NCBI GenBank assembly: GCA_017654855.1
Contig: CM030336.1
Span: forward strand, 2,666,001-2,730,000
DNA: 64,000 bases
Direction of reading: 5' to 3'
Origin: Podospora anserina
Taxonomy: Eukaryota
The notes under the pieces are model-generated. The model was not told where the DNA came from. It did not search any database and saw nothing but the letters and a program-made list of their open reading frames with translations. Every line of letters begins with the position of its first letter. The first letter of the stretch is position 1. A program made the position numbers and the translations under genes. Below are positions 34,834 to 47,869 of the stretch, in pieces.

Positions 34834-35905
34834 TCACATACTATCCTCAGTAGTATCGGACGCAGAATCCTCATCCCCGATCTGTGCTTCGGAGTCTAGC
34901 TCCCCGGATTCGACTATGGGTCTGATGATCACATCATCACCATGCGGCTCATTGTATTCCTGCATGGTAGGTTTGAGGTCACTATCTTTCATCTTGTAAA
35001 TTTTATGCTCGGCGGGAGGCATCGTTGCAGACTTTTCAAAGTGCTGTTTGAGTAGTCGGTACCTCGCCTGTACAGTGGGAAGATCCGGACGTAGCTCAAG
35101 GCATCTTTCGAAACCTTCCATCGCATCACGCTGCTGATTACACTGGTCGTACTGATCGCAAAGAAACAAGGTCAGCAGAAAAGCTTGTGAACACACTTGG
35201 GGAATTTACGCACCAGAACTCCTAAGTTATGCCAGTTTAACCACAAAGAAGGGTTGCGGTTTACCGACCGTGAAATAGCGTCCAGGGAGTCTCTATATTG
35301 CTCAATATTGTAATATAATATTCCAACAGTTACCCAGATTTCAGGGGCCCGTGGTTTGCGACGAACAGCTTGCTGTAGGCTCTCATAGCTTCCACGGTAA
35401 TCATTCATGGCCATGTGTGCCCTGCCTAACAAGTACCAATAATCAGCAACAGAGGGATCTGCCATAAATAAGACATTAGTGATAATCCTAATGCTCTGGA
35501 CACGGCAAGTTAAGGTATTGGATACCTGAATTGACAACTGTTTGGAGGCAACGTTTCGCTTCACGGGGACCTCCAAGGCGCTCTGGGTCTTCCTCCCATG
35601 CAATAAAATGATGCAGACCGATAAAAGCATTGGCAGCCGCATCGGTGCTATCCGCTGCTAGCCTAGACAGAGCTTCGTCCATGTCGCAGACAGGTTCGGC
35701 CGGTTCAGAGATGTGGACTCGACGAAAGTGCTGCAATTCTTAAGCAAGTTGCATCAGGGGTAGCTGCGGCCCCCCAGGATTTTGGATAGTACCACTGACT
35801 GGTAAACCACCAGGGACCTCGTCAGAATTCTGCGTCCAGCCTATCAACTTGATAGCGCGACTGCCCTCCTTATTTGACGATGCCTGGCGCCTACAGACGG
35901 AGCTG
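34834..35905 (-). pseudogene. Short TPR protein resembling the last TPRs of Ssn6/Cyc8; 5' part has stop codons
   Basis: WYLLGRAHMAMNDYRGSYESLQQAV, WVTVGILYYNIEQYRDSLDAISRS and WHNLGVLYDQCNQ over 2 introns; upstream in-frame TAG/TAA/TGA are consistent with C>T mutations. Confidence 0.7.
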
Positions 35906-35962
35906 AAATAGGACTTGGTTATTATCGCTGATCAAGAGGGGGAGGTAACAGACGACTTACCA

Positions 35963-36130
35963 TGTCCCCACACGGTCACCTATTTGCTTTCAAGGTCGGG
36001 TTTCCTTTTTGTTTACTTTTAGACTGAATAACCAACAACTGATTACTGTATCACCAATTTGTCTACTATTTTGGCCATTTTGGCCTCACTTTCGCAGCCA
36101 GTGACTTGCCTAGGTCACCAGCCTAACACA
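35963..36130 (+). mobile_element. Diverged solo LTR of the copia family seen at 36900
   Basis: 3' part (accaacaact...ttggcc...tttcgcagccagtgact...ctaggtcaccagcc) matches the LTRs at 36900 and 52188; no clear TSD. Confidence 0.75.
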
Positions 36131-36329
36131 AGTAATGTGCGCAGACAGACGCGGATATAGTCAGACCCTGACCACCAATGAGCAGAGAGTATCAGGGTAG
36201 GATGCAGTTCACGCAGATGGATAGGTAATTCAGTCACGGCTAGTCCGTGAAACTATGGACGATGTTGCTACCGAGGTAGCACACTAAATCGCTTTCCACC
36301 TCAAAGCACAGAGTACCAGAACTAGGCAC

Positions 36330-39300
36330 CTAGAAACCCTTGGGTCCGCAGTACTGCTTCTTGCGCCACACCAGGTACAGATAGTCGCCGCCACGACCCT
36401 TGTTGATGTCACCCGTCATGCTGTCCCAGCCATCCGTGGGGCTGTGCTGAGCGTCGCCGGTTCTCCAAAGAGCAACATCGGTAACATAGCTGGTGAAAAA
36501 AGAAAGGAGAGTCGTTAGCTACTATCCAGGAAAACAAGCACGGGCTCCCAGGATTCGAAACAACTCACTGAGTGGCATCCATATTGTTGGACCACGAGAA
36601 GTAGCGGTAGTCGCCGCCGGCACCCTTGGCCAGGTCGTCATTGCGGTTGCCGTCGGCGCTGCCGCGGATGTCGGTCCAGAAATTGTCGACCATCATCTTG
36701 GGCCTAGGCGCGCGCTTGGGGACGAGCCAGACGTACTCGCCTCCAAAGCCCATGTTGATGTCGGCGGATAGGCCGTTAATCTCGTTGATGGAGTTGCCGG
36801 GCTTGTTCTCGCCGTAGTGAGTCTGTTTTTGATCAGGTGTTAGTTCTAGGGGGTTTCTACGGAGGACTGGGTGTGCACCTACCTCAAACCAGGAGAAGAT
36901 GTGGGGCACCAAAGGGCCCAGGTTTTCCCAGACCCACACCGGTTTGCTCTTGGGGCTGGATTTTCTTACTGTTTTACTTTTAAAACAACCAACTACTGTA
37001 ATACCAATTTGCTTACCATTTTTTTGGCCTCATTTTCGCCGCCAGTGACTTTCCTAGGTCGCCAGCCCAACAGGTTATGAGCTCTTTTGACGCTTAAATT
37101 ACTAAGCAAACCGAAGTCGACGCCCTTGTCGACAACCCGACCTCGCAAGGCCGAATACTACACCGGACCTTACGACTTTTCGACCCTTGTTAGGCTAATA
37201 TTACGTAATTGGACCTTTCGACGGCGATTTTGGAGGCGTTGAGAGAGTTAACTAACTTCCTAATTAACGGAAGCCTGGTTTTAACCCTGACCCTTATCTT
37301 AACGAAGAGTTGAAGCGACCGACTACCCTTTACCGATAAGAGTGTAGTTTACGGCGCTAACTTTCTTTTAGCTAAGTTTCCTTGGTTTTACCATTTTTGC
37401 GACCTTTTAACTAAAAAATTACTGTTTTCCGGCAGTAGTCGAGAACTCTATCCTGCCTTATTAGGAGACCGATAGCGGAGTAAGTATCTCGCCCTCTACC
37501 TAAGTTAATTTAACCCACTATTAGCGGCTATAAAGTTAGGTAGCGCCTTTCTTTAAGTTTTTCTTTTAATATTTTTTTTATAATATTTTTTTTACGACTT
37601 TTCTTTAATTAATTTTTCTTTTAAAATAGTTAATACTAACGTTACTATAACCTAACTTTTAAAGCTTATAAAAGCTATAGGGAATACTAATACTACCGTT
37701 ACGGTTAAGTAACGAACCTTTTAAGCTTTACCGGCTTTAAACTTAAAAACCAATCTTTCTGGCTAAAAATTTTAATTAACCTAATCCCTTATGTATTATA
37801 GTTTAAAGGACTATATTAAAGCTAATATATAGTTACTAACGGAAAAAAGGATACTTACTTTCGATTAATAACGTATTAATAATTTAAATATTTAGAACTT
37901 AATAATAATTTCTATTAAAAAGCCCGAAATTTAATAATAAATTTTTAATTTAAGTTAGAAGGCCGACGGTATTAATATTTATAATTTATATTAAAAGATT
38001 ATTTAAGCCCTATAGCGTAGTACTTTCGATATTATTAATATATTTTTAAAGAAATATTTTACTTTTAAGCGTACTAATTTCGTTTTATTTTAAATTTATT
38101 TTAACCGGCTCGAGGTTTTTCGCTATCGTTTTAATATAATAAAAATTAAAATTAATTATATAGCTTACTTTTAAATTACTTTAAACGGTATTAAAATTAT
38201 ATATCCCGATTTATACGACCGGTTAGTAAGGAAAATAAAAAATAGTACTATAATTTAATTATTTTTTTATTAGGAGTATAGCGTTAAAACCGTTACGGAG
38301 GAAATTACGTTAGTTTATTTTAAAATTATTATTAAAATTATTAAAGCTCTAGCCGCGACTATACTTTTACTTACTATATTATTAACTTCGACGAAGAAAT
38401 GCAATTAATATATTAAAAGTTTAAAGAAAAGTAATTAATATTATATAAATTATAATTATTATTACCCGAAGGGTAAAGTTTATTAATAGTATAACTTTAA
38501 TAAAGTTTTAAAGGATTAAGAGTATAAAGAAAAAATATAAACGGATAAATAAAAAAAGTAATAAAATATTAATTCGTTAATAGGGATTCTTTAAGGCTAT
38601 ATTAGTAACGTTATTAATATTAGGTCTTTGAAGGACCGACTTACTTATAATATTTTAATATTATTTAATAACTTTATTAATATATTACTCTTTACTTACT
38701 ATAATAATAATTAATCGGATTTTCGTTTCGGCCTTTAGAGGTAATACTTTCCTTAATAAATATCCTTAAAGTTTAATAAACCGTTAAGGTATTTAAAAAT
38801 TATGTATATTATAATTCCGGATATATAGATTTCGTATTTAATAAATTAAAGTAATTTACCGAACTTTATTTATTATTTAAGGGGAAAGAAAAGAAATTTT
38901 TTTCGTCGTTAAAAAATATTATAAAGTATAGTTATTAGGGTACCGTAGTATTATAATTTACCTTTTTAAATAACTAAGTTATTACTTTAAAGTTTAAAGA
39001 AGCGATATACTACCTATAAACGCCCGTTAATTTAATATTAGCGGGTAAGTTACTTAATAAAAATATTTTTTAGGATTAAGAAAATTATAATTTAATTTTT
39101 AAAAGTATTAAGTAAATAATATATAAATTAATTAAAAATAATAATATATATTAAATAAATATAACGCCCGGCGCCGATTTTAATAAAATATTTTTAACGA
39201 AAATTTTTATTAAAACTATAATAATATTTATTAATTACCGGGTAATATATTACCGCTTAATATATATTAATAAAAATAATATTTATAAAATTTATATATA

Positions 39301-42300
39301 AGTAAGTATTAAATTCGTTAATAATAATTTTTTTTATAAGCCTTATGTAATAATAAAAATAATAAATTAATTAAGTTTATCGACCCCTTCGTAAATTAAT
39401 AACCCGTTCGATTTTATTCGTATCGACGTTATTATTTATAAAAATTTTAAATATTTAAATTATAAATATTTTATTTAATATATAAATATATAGAATAATT
39501 ATAAATAAATTAATTTTATAATAAAAAAAAAGTAAGTATTTAATAAGGTTAAAGATTTTAAGACGAAAATCGTGTATTAAACTAGGTATAAAATTAATAT
39601 TATTGGCCTTAACGGTAGTACGGAATTTATTTAGGGCTTTAGGACCTTTAACGATAACCGTATAACCGTTTAGGCCGACCAGGAAAGTATTATTATTTTT
39701 AAAACTATATTTTATTTACCGTAAATAAATAGAAAGGTAAAGAGGGCCGCGAGGATTATATTTAATTATATTAAAGCTATTATATTAGCCTATAAAGTAT
39801 TAAAAAAATTATTTTTATTTATTATATAGTTTATAATTTATATAAATAATTTATTACTTTCGAGGATTAATAAGGGAGATATTAATATTTATAGGAAGTA
39901 TACTATAAAGTTTAATATACTTAAAGGCGAGTGGAAACTATATATTCGGTACTTACGTTTATATTTTTATAATATATATTATTATATTAAACCGGTTTAC
40001 CGGGTTAATTCGGATAAGTTTATTATTAGGGCGGAAAAAAAAAAGTTTATTAATTATATAAATATATATAATAAAATATATTAAATTTAAAACTTAATTA
40101 TTAATAAAGTTATAAAGGTTAATACCGTAAAGTTTAATAAAAACGATTTTTATAAATTTAATAATAATAAATATAAAAATATTAAATATAAAATAATTTT
40201 TATTAATAATATTATAATTAAAAAAAAATATTATTATTAATAAAACGGTATCCTTAAAAAAGAAAATTATTTTTAATAATAAACCTATTATTATATTAGA
40301 GCCCGATTTATAGTAAAGTATTTTAATAATTAAAATAAGGAAGATTAAGGACCCTAAATAAACTATTTTATTTATTTCGAAAGTTATACCGTTATTAATA
40401 TTATTTTTATTACTTAAAGCTTTAAATATAAAAAACTTTTTTAATATTAAAAAGGTAAAGGATATACGGTCCGAAATATTTATTTTACTAAACTATAATT
40501 AAGCGCTTTATATTACTAACTTTCTTACTATAAAAAAACTTATTTCCCTTATAAAACTAATAAAGGAGGAGGAAAGTAAAGTTATAGGGGAGCTTAATAA
40601 TAATTAAATTAATAATAAGTTATTAAATTTAAATATAGAAAACTTAATTGAAAATTTTAATAACGATTTCGAGTTTAATATAAGTTATATAGAGGAAACG
40701 GTAGTTTTTCCGCCGGTTTAAAAGCGGCTTTATAGAGTAATAATAAAAAATTAGGGACTAAGTTTTTATAAAAAACTATAGTAAAGTAAATACTTTTATT
40801 AAAGTTTTTTTATAATATATTTCGATAACCTATAATTACGTAAAATAATAATTTATACCCTATTTACGGTTAAAATTAATTACTTTTTATAAATTATTAA
40901 TAAGTTTTATATATTTAGGAATTACCGGTAAGCGAAGAAACTTAAAAATTATTATAAATATTAATTATTTATTATAAAGGAGTAGGACGCCGGTTTATTA
41001 GAAAAAAACGTTTACGAATTAATAAATATACCGAAAGGCTATAACGTTTTACCGAATAAATAAATATACGATAAGAAAATAGATTTTTAAATTAATAAAA
41101 TAAAAGTTAAAGCGAGGTAAGTAATATATAATAATTTTAATAGGGATTCCTAAGTTATATAAAACGTTTATATTACTATTATAAATAATATAATAATTAA
41201 ATATTTTTAAATTATTATAGCTATAAATAATTAAAAATATTTTTAATATAATTTTAAAATAATATTTTTTAACGCTAAAATCCTTAATACCGTATAATAT
41301 TATGTATAACTATTAAATAACTTAAGTAAGTTATTAAATAAAGTATACCGGTTTAAAAAAATATTATATAGTTTAAAGAAATTATTTATTTATTAATATA
41401 AAATAATAAAATTTATAATAATTAAATTAGGCTTTAATATTCTTTTATTAAACTTTTATTTATTCCGTTATAAAAAAATAAATACTTTAGTAGTCTTATA
41501 TATAAATAATTTATTTATATTAATATTTATAACGAAAATTATTAAAGATATTATTACCGGGCTAGAGAATAAGTATAGTATTAAGAAATTAAGCGAGTTA
41601 AAAAGGTTTTTAGGTTTTAATATTATAAGGAACTACGGGAAGAGGTAGGTTTATTTATTTTAAATAATTTATATCGATACTTTATTCGAGAAATTTAATT
41701 ATAAAGATATAGCCGGCGTAATTACGTTATAGTTAGTTAAGCTAGAGCTCCCTTTTACATAAAAAAAAATAACCGCAGAAATAAAAGAATATATTTAGAA
41801 AACTGGTATATTAAATTAATTATTTACCGGTACTCGGCCCGATATTATTTTTATTATTAACCGCCTTTACGGGGGTAATTCTAAGCCCTTACTACATTAC
41901 TTAAAATTAATAAAATACTTTTTCCGGTACCTAACTACTATTACGAAACTATATATTATATTAGGAGGCTCCGAATTTTCGGTAAAAAATATAAAGCTTA
42001 TAGAATTCGTAAATACTTTATATATAAATATTTTACTTTAAAAATATTTTACTAGCGGCTATATTATTTTTATAATTAGTAAGTTAGTATTATAAAAGAG
42101 TAAAAAATAAATTTTTATTACCCTAAGTACGACGGAAGTAAAGTTTATTAATTTAATACTTATAAAGTATTTATTATAGTAGGTATTAAAGATATTGGAA
42201 AACTATAATATACTATAGTTAAGGCTATATATATTATATACCGATAGTAAAAACGCCGAAATTATAATTCTAAACCTTTAAAATATCGTTAGGACCCGGT

Positions 42301-42861
42301 ATATTAATATACGGTATAAGTAAGTAAATAAATAAATAAAGGAAAGAAAATTTAGTATTTAATATATTTTTAGGTTAAAGATACCGGCGGATAAATTTAT
42401 AAAGGTACTATAAAGGGAGAAGCACGTAAAGTTTGTATAGCTATTAGGAATATAAGATTTTTCGGTTTGAGATATGTAGGAGAACGTATATTTATATAGG
42501 AAAAAGCTACTAGGGTATTAAGTAAAGGAGTTAAAGGAAGTGGGAAGAATCTGGGCGTATATTAGGCTTCGGAGGATATTAGCGATGGCTTTATTTTGGA
42601 CGGCGGTGTGCTATCTGTGGGGGGGTGTAGGGCACTAAAGGGCCCAGGTTTTCCCAAACCCATACCAGTTTGCTCTTAGGGCTAGATTTTCTTACTATTT
42701 TACTTTTAAAACAACCAACTACTGTAATACTAATTTGCTTACTATTTTTTTGGCCTTATTTTCGCCGCTAGTGACTTTCCTAGGTCGCTAGCCTAATAGA
42801 AGAACTCTCCGTAGTTGCGGGTGGACCCGGGGGGATCGCTGCGGGTAGACTTAGAAGGCAT
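36330..42861 (-). pseudogene. Small beta-prism (MABP-like) repeat protein gene interrupted in exon 1 by a copia element
   Basis: Removing 36900-42803 restores MPSKSTRSDPPGSTRNYGEFFSWFE; three repeats DINMGFGGEYVWL, DLAKGAGGDYRYF and DINKGRGGDYLYL; 2 introns. Confidence 0.8.
36900..42798 (+). mobile_element. Full-length, heavily RIP-mutated Ty1/copia LTR retrotransposon
   Basis: 173-bp LTRs 36900-37072 and 42626-42798, TSD GAAGA, PBS GGTTATGAGC, G-rich PPT. Remnant RT/RNaseH motifs NVLPNK, KAR, GTRPDI, STTE and RTRYINIRY lie at the 3' end. Extreme AT/TpA enrichment. Confidence 0.95.
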
Positions 42862-43734
42862 ATTGACTGACTGTGTTAGAAGTTGATTTTGTGGGTTTGG
42901 AATGGTGTGTCAGGAAGATTTGTGTGAGGGATGATGTTTAGGAGATGCTGGGAATGTTGGAGACACAAGCATCCTTATGTCTTCCATCTCGAACACAACT
43001 GCACTGCCATCTTTAATTCCCGTCACCAGTGTTATTCTCCTTGTGTGGTTCAGTTGTTGGTGTACGTACCCAGGGTGAGAAGGTGTTGATTCTAGACCTG
43101 GTTGCGTTTCTGTCTAGCAGGGCTGGAGAGGGTGGTGATTAGCTTGTAGCCAGCTCAGGCTCTTGTTTTGGGCTAGCCTCGAGGGAGTGGCGTAGCTGAA
43201 GCACAAAGCCCAGACGTCACTGCGGAGTGGCCAATCACATCCACAAACACTACGAGAACAAGGACATAATGCATATTTGTAAGTGGTTGGACATTATTGC
43301 ATTATTCGGATACTTGAAAGGAGCTATTGCAATGTGATATATGCTTTCAGGTGCCTACGGTCGTAATAGCTCATGCAGCCGGTGTGCAGGTGAAGGGTTA
43401 CTTAGTTCTCGCCGCATTAGAATTCCCGAAGGCATTCCCGAATCCCGTCCAAAGGTCAGGAGATGAGCACCAACGCGTTAGAGCTGGACTGTGGATGGCT
43501 GAATGGTGTTCTAGACCGGAGTCTTTCTTGTGGAAAGAACGAAAACTAACTACGTGGCAATGACCTTCCGAAATTGAGAAACTTAATGAAACAAGATATC
43601 AGTAGATTTTCAGCGAATGTGTGAATGTCCAATTCCCATCTTAAATGACGTCTGAATGAATTAAGGCAGTGGATTACGCCCTTATGTTAAAGATTTTGTT
43701 AGATTCTATCTTATGCTTACCTAGGTACTAACTA

Positions 43735-45683
43735 GGTTGGATGACAAGGAAGTGGACCACATATGGATGTGGCCTAGGTAAGTTTGAACTACCCAAGCTA
43801 TCTACCCACATTAAACCCTCCACAACCCTGGACCTCCGAAAGCCCCCCGATATCAACACACACTTTATATTCTACCTATAGAGACCAAAAATAAAGCTTT
43901 TCTTTTACTTTTTTTTACTCCAGGTACCCAACAATGGCCAAATATACCGAGGAGGATATTAAAAATGCCCAGAAAGATATTACCGCTAGTATAAGCTAGC
44001 GAAAAGCGTTTAATAAGTACGGGATTCCACGTTCCACCCTAAAGCACCGCATTAATAATACCTTACTAAAGAACCTTACCTATAAAAACTAATAGCAACT
44101 TTCTTATAATTAAAAAAACCTTATTATTTAATAGATCCTTCGTCAGGAAAGCCTTAACTACGCTCCTACCTATATTAATATAAAGGCTTTAGCGGCTAGT
44201 TTATTAACTAAATAAAGCGATCCTAATCCCCTTAGTAAATATTAAGTATTATATTTTATTAATTATTATTCCGATATTAAAATAAAAATTAAAAAAAAAT
44301 TAATTACGTTAAAATTAATAAAATTATCCCGGAGAATATTAATAAATTTTTTAACCTATATTTTACTATTAATTAAATTAAATTTAGGTATAGGTATAAC
44401 TATAATAAAGTAAGTATAATAAAAAGCTAAAAAAAAATAGTTTAGTTATTAGGTTTTCGAAGTAAAATAAGAAATTTATATACGTTAAATAAAACGGAAG
44501 AAGGACCTAGACTACTATACTTAAATATATTTTATAAGACAGGAGAGTCTTTCTTTCCGGAATTATTTTTAAAAGTAAAGACTTTTAAAAATAATAATTT
44601 AAAGATTAATTAAATAAAAATTAATATATAATTATATTAAAGAATAATTAAATTAATAATAACCTTACCGTTAATTAATTTAAAAAAGTTTTTATATTAA
44701 AAACTAAACTTAAAAATCTATTAAAATCCCGTCTTTTTATTTATAATAATTATAGTTTATATACTACTAATGACTTTATAATCCGGTACTATAGAAATAA
44801 TATTTACCTTCTTTTCCTACCCCCCTATTACTCTTACGTCCTTTAACCCTTTAATATTAATTATTTTTTTAACGTAAAGAAGGCGTATAAAAGGCTTATA
44901 ACTATAAATAACGCTCTTACTAACTATACGCCTAACGGCAAAGTCGATTTAGTCCGGCTATATAACCTTACCCGTAAGTAGGGCTTTAAAAAAATATTAT
45001 TAGCGGCTAGCGTGGGACAGGATTTTAGTTTATACGTAGGCGTAAACCGCTCTTTTTAAGCTAGGTGGTAGTCCCTGTAGTGCCGTTAGATCTCTCTTTA
45101 AAAACACCTACTTTCTATACCGTGGGGGATTCCTAGGTGGCCAAGAAGGTCAGGGACCTACTCAAGAACCATACGCCGGCCGGAAAACGGCTTGCGGTAA
45201 GGACTCTCACCAGTACTATACTCACACTAAGATCTGAGGCATCCATCCACAAAGCTGATGCGGCAAGGCACTAACAGAACGCCCAGAAGGCCCAGGAGGC
45301 AAGAAAAAGGCGCAAGTTGAATAGAGAAGACTCGAATTCCAAGTTTGTGAGGCTCTGTGAACTGGAAGAGGCCCGTATTGAAGGGAGGGTGGTGGAGGAA
45401 GAAGTGGTAGCCAAGGAGGATGTGGAGCAGCCAGAGCCAGCCCAGCCTGTGCGGCGCAGCGCACGTCATCGGGTTCAAACCAGGCGCAAGCGAGAAGCAG
45501 ATGCAATGTCTGACTCTGACAGTGATTGAGCTCCATTTTGGTATAACTCCCATAGAAATTGACCCAGTATTAGTCTTGTTGTGGCCAGTGTGATCATTCA
45601 GGGGTAATCTCAACAAGGTTGTGTGGCTGGTGTGGTGGTGGTGGACCAGATCCACATGTGGTCCATTTCCTGGTCATCCAACC
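43735..45683 (+). mobile_element. Fot1/pogo-type DNA transposon, RIP-mutated (copy 1)
   Basis: TIRs GGTTGGATGAC(A/C)AGGAA...; TA TSDs; transposase start MAKYTEEDIKNAQ; remnant of the LPPxxSHVLQPLD motif. Confidence 0.93.
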
Positions 45684-46017
45684 TATAGCACCCCCGCGCG
45701 GTTGTGACAGCGGTCATGACTGCCTAGGAATCCTCCAATTTGTGAGCCATGACATCACATATCGGGTTTTCGAGAACACCACTAAACCAGTTAGAAAGGG
45801 TATAGTCTTTTCGGAGGAAATAACCTACTGCAGATAGCTTTCCTACACCCCCCTGTGATGGATCCACGACCTTTTCAGACTATACTGACTTGTATCTTGT
45901 GCACTGTGCTGCAAGTTCCTTCATTCAACAGGAAATCGTTAGGACCTCCTCATTTCTAGACTTGCCTAGACTTCCGATGTGATGAATATCGTATCATTTG
46001 ACGATAATTGGAGCCTG

Positions 46018-46605
46018 AAAAGGACATAGGCGCCGGTTCGACCGAAGCTGAACTTCACTTGTCAAGCAGAAATCGTGACGCTGCTATCACTTGCGTTCGA
46101 TAATCACTGACCAGCTACCAATTCGGGCTAGAAATCACAGCTGTGAAGCAGCAATAATGATGACACGATCACTTTCTTTGCCCATTACCAATCCGAAAAG
46201 GACATAGACACTGGTCTGGCCGACGCTGAGGAGTTTCAGCTATGGACTAGCTTGTCATCATGACGCCAACATCACTTCGCATTGAGGATCAAGAACTTGG
46301 AACGGGGATAGGCGTCGGCGTGATCGAAGCTGAGGAAGCTCAGGTGTGAAGGAGACAGCATGATACCAATATCACTCCCATTTGAAGATCAGAGACTCGG
46401 AAAGGGCATAGACGCCGACGTGGTCGAAGCCAAGGACGTTCAGGTGTGAACGAGCAGTCATGATGTCAATATCACCTGTGCTCGACAGTGAGGAATACGG
46501 AAAGGGCATAAGCGGTAGTGTGGCTGAAGCTGAGAAAGTTCAGCTGTGAAGCAAGCAATTGTGATGCCACTATCACCTATGTCTGGTGGTCAGGAATTGT
46601 AAACT
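46018..46605 (+). repeat. Degenerate ~100-bp tandem repeat (5-6 units); three units each carry a 29-codon mini-ORF
   Basis: Anchor G(G/A)AA(A/C)GG(G/A)(C/G)ATA at 46018, 46195, 46299, 46399 and 46499; ATG...TGA ORFs at 46260-46349, 46360-46449 and 46460-46549. Confidence 0.8.
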
Positions 46606-46852
46606 GGAGAGAATGGAGAAACGTGTGCAAGCACCTAACTCTTGCACCTACCTAATCCTGTGATCAGCTGGTAGATCCTATGTAGCTTGGTATCGAATGG
46701 AGAGCGGATTGAAGGCCAAAGTCCAGAAGAACAGATAACAGGTCGATATCGGCATCTCTTTGATCTAGGCACGCCTAGGAAAAACAGAATTCCTTTCTAT
46801 CCCCTCTTCACAGTTCATACAGTCCACATCAACGTCCAACGGTACCGTTACC

Positions 46853-47869
46853 ATGCCTACTCCACCAACTCCGGAGGACATCCAGTCCCGCCTGGGCGTC
46901 AGAGTTGGCGACAATGAGTCCCAGTACGACGAGATTGTGGCCTTCACGGAGCAGATCAACAAGAACTTTGCTCGCCTCTTCGAGTTGTATCCTGCTATGA
47001 GCAAGATCAACTTTGACGACCCTACAGTCGGTAGCATTGAAGCTGTCATCCATCCCTCGCAGATCATTATTCCCAGCGACAACTCCTCCAAGATCAAGGA
47101 TGTCCTGTTCCAGATTCGGTAGGTGTTTTTGTTCTCTGACTCCCAGACCTCTTGTCCTAACAATCGGGCCTCAGGTTCAAAACGGGCCGTTTCCACTCTG
47201 CGAATGGCCCTGTTGAGATTACTATGGACGGTTGGATCTTGACGGTCGATTATCCCATTGGAACTCAGGAGGTGCTTGGTGTTGCCGAAACCGGCCAGCC
47301 AAAGTCGACAGACGTCACCAAACAGGTCTTTGCCGTACCTGGTGACTATACAGCCGAGCGTATTCTTGCGCAGATCTCAAGTATGTACACGCCGTGGAAA
47401 GTTGAGCATGTATGAGCCTGCTGACATGTGACGAAGCTGCGAAATGGGGTAACCCGTTGCCAAAGTATAGCACCTTTGGGATCAATGAGAAGACAAAGAA
47501 TCCAAAGACCTCCAAGGATTGGTGCAATGAGTTCGATCCGACGGGCAATGCCAGTACCACCCTCAACAGCATCCTGTCCGGCTGGGCCCGGAAGTAAGAA
47601 GAGAGAGGACGATCCACCTTGGGAGTTACCTTCTCGCTGAAAGATCCTTCAACCAGTAAGTAATTGCTACCGTGACACATGCCAGGCTAGTCGCTAACTT
47701 TGCAATTTCCAGTCGATCCCCAGAAGCCTCTTTAAAGTACGTTATTCCCCTGACAGCTCGCCATGGCGATCATGTTAGCACATAACTAACATGGATTTCA
47801 CCTTTCAGCCCCTACGTATCTTTTGCAGCAGATTCACCCATGCACATCAAGGAAGAGTGGTTGAATATA
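46853..47869 (+). pseudogene. Multi-exon hypothetical gene (possibly TULIP/P47-like), truncated by a copia insertion
   Basis: Coding-like exons with GT-AG introns (e.g. 47119-47175); YDEIVAFTEQINKNF N-terminus; premature TAA at 47595. Confidence 0.6.

Noticed and set aside
36565-36939. ORF-track proteins that include LTR sequence (also 36871, 47791, 55737, 55786)
   Set aside because: Read-through into LTRs, not real N- or C-termini.
37073-42625. AT-rich block as centromere, NUMT or foreign DNA
   Set aside because: Bounded by LTRs and a TSD and retains copia motifs; the composition is due to RIP.
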